Source: an uncultured bacterium
GTDB taxonomy: Bacteria; Chloroflexota; UBA5177; JANWHV01
Direction of reading: 5' to 3'
DNA: 64,000 bases
NCBI GenBank assembly: GCA_963729625.1
Contig: CAVSOU010000017.1
Location: 1 to 64,000 of the forward strand
The notes beneath the pieces were generated by a model. That model did no database searches, was not told where the DNA came from, and saw only the letters and a list, made by a program, of their open reading frames with translations. The number at the start of each line of letters is the position of its first letter. Positions within the stretch are counted from its first letter, which is position 1. Shown piece after piece: positions 61,354 to 64,000 of the stretch. The position numbers were made by a program, and so were the translations under genes.

Positions 61354-62580
61354 TCAACCCGAGGCGGCCCTGCCCATGAGGTCCAGACTGGGACGCCCCG
61401 GCGTGATACTGCCGAGTGGCGCCGAATGGGCGGCCCCTGTTACGGATGGCAGGTTGCCGGGCCTGCCGCGCAACGTGTAGTAGGCGAGCAGGGCGAAGAG
61501 CATGGCCTCCTTGGCGTCCACCTGGCCGCCGACGGCGTCGACCGTACGCAGCGGGATCGGCGCGAGCGCACGTGCCAGACGAGACATCAGCGCCCTGTTG
61601 TGGACGCCGCCCCCGCTGGCCAGGACGTCAACGGGCGTCTCGCCGCGGGGAAACCATTTGCGGACAGCTGCCGCTACCGCTTGAGCGGCAAACTCGGCCA
61701 GCGTAGCCAGGAGATCGGCCCGGGAGATCTCAGGATGGGCGGCGAGCAGGCTCGCGGCGAAAGCCTCGCCGAATGCCTCACTCCCCGTCGCCTTCGGCGG
61801 CGGCGCCGCGAGGAACGGGTGCGCCTGAAGCTGCCGCAAGAGCTCATGAGACACCGCGCCACGCAGCGCGTTTGAGCCGTCGGGGTCAAAGGGCTCGCGC
61901 CCGCCACTCGTCAGTCGCATCACTGCATCCATCGGCATATTTGCCGGCCCGGTGTCGAATCCGATTACCTGCGCCGGGTCGAGCGAGGCGGGGAGCAGCG
62001 TCAGGTTGGCGATGCCGCCCAGATTCAGCAGGGCGCGCGCACGGCCTCGCTCGCCGAACAACAGCACGTCGAGCAGGGGCACGAGAGGCGCGCCGCGGCC
62101 TCCGGCCGCAATGTCGCGCGCTCGAAAGTCGGCGACCACGGTGATCCCGGTGCGCTCGGCGATCACCGCGGGATCGCCCAGCTGCTGCGTCGAGTAGCAC
62201 CGGAATCCGGCCAGCGTGCTATCGGTCATATCGCTCACAGTGGTCTGGCCGTGGGATCCGATGACCGTCACGTCAGATTGCCGCCAACCTGCCTGGGCGA
62301 TCACTGCCAGCGCGGCCTGGGCGAACAACTCGCCCAGCACCATGTTCAGGCGACAGGCGGCGCGCGCACCGCCTTCCTCCTTCACGCAGAGCTCCCAGAG
62401 GGCCTCGCGAACCGCCCCGGGATAGGGATGGCTGACATGCGCGCGCAGGACCAGGCGCACTGGCGATCCTTCTTCGACCTCCACGGCGGCCGCGTCGATG
62501 CCATCCATCGAGGTGCCGGAGATCAGGCCGACCGCCCGTATGAGCGGTGTAATCTGCTCGTTTCGTTCGGTTAGCGCCAT
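61354..62580 (-). CDS. anmK: anhydro-N-acetylmuramic acid kinase
   Basis: 'GLISGTSMDGID', 'GSHGQT', 'DFR..D.AAGG.GAPLVP', 'FDTGPAN', 'AKEA'. Confidence 0.93.
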   Translation of the reverse strand: MALTERNEQITPLIRAVGLISGTSMDGIDAAAVEVEEGSPVRLVLRAHVSHPYPGAVREALWELCVKEEGGARAACRLNMVLGELFAQAALAVIAQAGWRQSDVTVIGSHGQTTVSDMTDSTLAGFRCYSTQQLGDPAVIAERTGITVVADFRARDIAAGGRGAPLVPLLDVLLFGERGRARALLNLGGIANLTLLPASLDPAQVIGFDTGPANMPMDAVMRLTSGGREPFDPDGSNALRGAVSHELLRQLQAHPFLAAPPPKATGSEAFGEAFAASLLAAHPEISRADLLATLAEFAAQAVAAAVRKWFPRGETPVDVLASGGGVHNRALMSRLARALAPIPLRTVDAVGGQVDAKEAMLFALLAYYTLRGRPGNLPSVTGAAHSAPLGSITPGRPSLDLMGRAASG

Positions 62581-62587
62581 GAGATTC

Positions 62588-63076
62588 TCATCCTCTCGGA
62601 CCAAGCTGCTTCCTGTAGATCAGCTCTGTGATGCCAGGCACGACGTAGTTCTTCAGGGCGCCGACGTGACAGTAACCGTGGCGCCGATAGAAGCTCTGTG
62701 CGGCGACGTTGAAGTCCGATACCAGCAGCAGCAGATCGTGCTGACCATCCCCCAGGGTGCGGCGCTCGACATGGTCGAGCAGTGCGGCGCCTACTCCATG
62801 CCCGCGCACTTCGACGTCGACGCCGAGCAGTTTGAGATAGCCGCTCAAGCCAAAGCCGCCTCGGGCGATATACCAGGCGAAGCCCACGGTCCGTTCAGCC
62901 AGACGGGCCACGCTTACGTCGGCTCCGTCACGCAACGCGTGACGCCAGAGATCGTGGGCGGAATCGGCGTTCACGCCGTAGCGCGTCCAGGGCTCGCTCG
63001 CGGCCATGAGCAGTGCGCAGGGTACAATGTCCTCGTCGGAGAGAGCAGCAATCTGAAGACGACTTTCCATGTTCAT
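62588..63076 (-). CDS. GNAT N-acetyltransferase
   Basis: 'RGHGVGAALL', 'N..AQSFYRRHGY'. Confidence 0.85.
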   Translation of the reverse strand: MNMESRLQIAALSDEDIVPCALLMAASEPWTRYGVNADSAHDLWRHALRDGADVSVARLAERTVGFAWYIARGGFGLSGYLKLLGVDVEVRGHGVGAALLDHVERRTLGDGQHDLLLLVSDFNVAAQSFYRRHGYCHVGALKNYVVPGITELIYRKQLGPRG

Positions 63077-63175
63077 TATCCGTCGCTTGACGGATCGGCG
63101 CTGCCGCGCAGGGTCCTCGCCGACCGCAGGTCCGGCACACGTGAAGGGTTCCGTCGGCCTTTCGTTTCCACCGCT

Positions 63176-64000
63176 CTAGCCGGTAGGGCGCGGCGGTTTC
63201 AATGCATCGAGCGCCCTGCGCACAACGCCATTCGATCGTGCGAGATGCTCTCGGGCCTCCGCCGGCGCCAGGCCGGCCAGGAGGATCAGTATAGCTACCT
63301 TGACATCGCCGCCGGCTCGAACGAGCGCGACGTCAGCGGCGTCCGGATCGCAGCGCGCCGCCTGGGCCACCATCCGGCGCGAGCGGTCGCGCAGCTTGCT
63401 GTTGCGCGGCACCATGTCGACCATCAGGTTGCCGAATGTCCGGCCGGTGCGGATCATTGCCGCCGTGGAGATCATATTGAGCGTCAGTTTCTGCGCGGTG
63501 CCGGCCTTCATGCGCGTTGAGCCGGCGATCACTTCAGGGCCTGTGTCCGGTGCAATGACCAGGTCCGCGGCCTCGGCTACCGGCCCGCGCACATTTGCCA
63601 CCAGCGCGGCGGTGACGGCGCCGCACGCGCGTGCCTGCTGCAAAGCGCCCACAACATACGGCGTGGCGCCGCTCGCGGCGACGCCCAGCACCACGTCGTG
63701 CCGATCGACCTGAAGGTTGCGAATTTCCCGTGCACCCTGTGCCGCGTTGTCCTCCACGTCCTCGAGGGCGGACGTCAAGGTTGCCGGCGCTCCGGCAAGC
63801 AACGCCTGGACCTGCGCCGGCGGTGTGCCATACGTGGGCGGGCATTCGGCGGCATCGAGCACGGCCAGGCGTCCGCTGGTGCCACTGCCAACGTAGATGA
63901 GCCGCCCGCCTGCATTGAAAGCGGCGACGACGCGGTCCACGACGGCAGCGATTGCTGGGAGCTCCTTCGCTACCGCTGCCGCCACGAGCGCGTCTGCCTC
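63176..64000 (-). CDS. murQ: N-acetylmuramic acid 6-phosphate etherase (5' end outside the window)
   Basis: 'GSGTSGRL..LDAAECPPTY', 'GSTRMKAGTAQK', 'N.KL..R'. Confidence 0.95.
   Translation of the reverse strand, partial: EADALVAAAVAKELPAIAAVVDRVVAAFNAGGRLIYVGSGTSGRLAVLDAAECPPTYGTPPAQVQALLAGAPATLTSALEDVEDNAAQGAREIRNLQVDRHDVVLGVAASGATPYVVGALQQARACGAVTAALVANVRGPVAEAADLVIAPDTGPEVIAGSTRMKAGTAQKLTLNMISTAAMIRTGRTFGNLMVDMVPRNSKLRDRSRRMVAQAARCDPDAADVALVRAGGDVKVAILILLAGLAPAEAREHLARSNGVVRRALDALKPPRPTG

Noticed and set aside
61354-62580. anmK as a levoglucosan kinase linked to the LGDH-like cluster
   Set aside because: It is adjacent to murQ and about 11 kb from the sugar cluster; peptidoglycan recycling is the simpler explanation.

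Overview
GC-rich bacterial window, probably Terrabacteria and most likely Chloroflexota. This is inferred from the Bacillus-type men genes, a GTAC-N4-GTTC LexA-type box and the gene repertoire. Left: a UroD-family gene, a DinB-family gene, a MazEF-like pair and a split menaquinone cluster (menF-D-H-B, then a small ORF and pepF, then menA-E-mobA). menF and menE both carry in-frame insertions built from the same REP-like hairpin element. Middle (about 24-34 kb): a decayed accessory/defence island with a Tn7-like transposon end, BREX relics (brxA-like pseudogene, pglX C-terminus) separated by an SNF2 helicase, and many toxin-antitoxin modules or stubs. About 37-50 kb: a sugar ABC/catabolic cluster whose oxidoreductase closely resembles levoglucosan dehydrogenase, plus a polyol SDR and DhaK/DhaL. 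Right: an AddB/AddA-like nuclease-helicase pair (frameshifted), arsN2-arsR-arsM and murQ-GNAT-anmK. Many short chimeric gene stubs point to heavy deletion. No CRISPR array, tRNA or rRNA was recognised. All family calls come from motifs recognised by eye; no searches were run.
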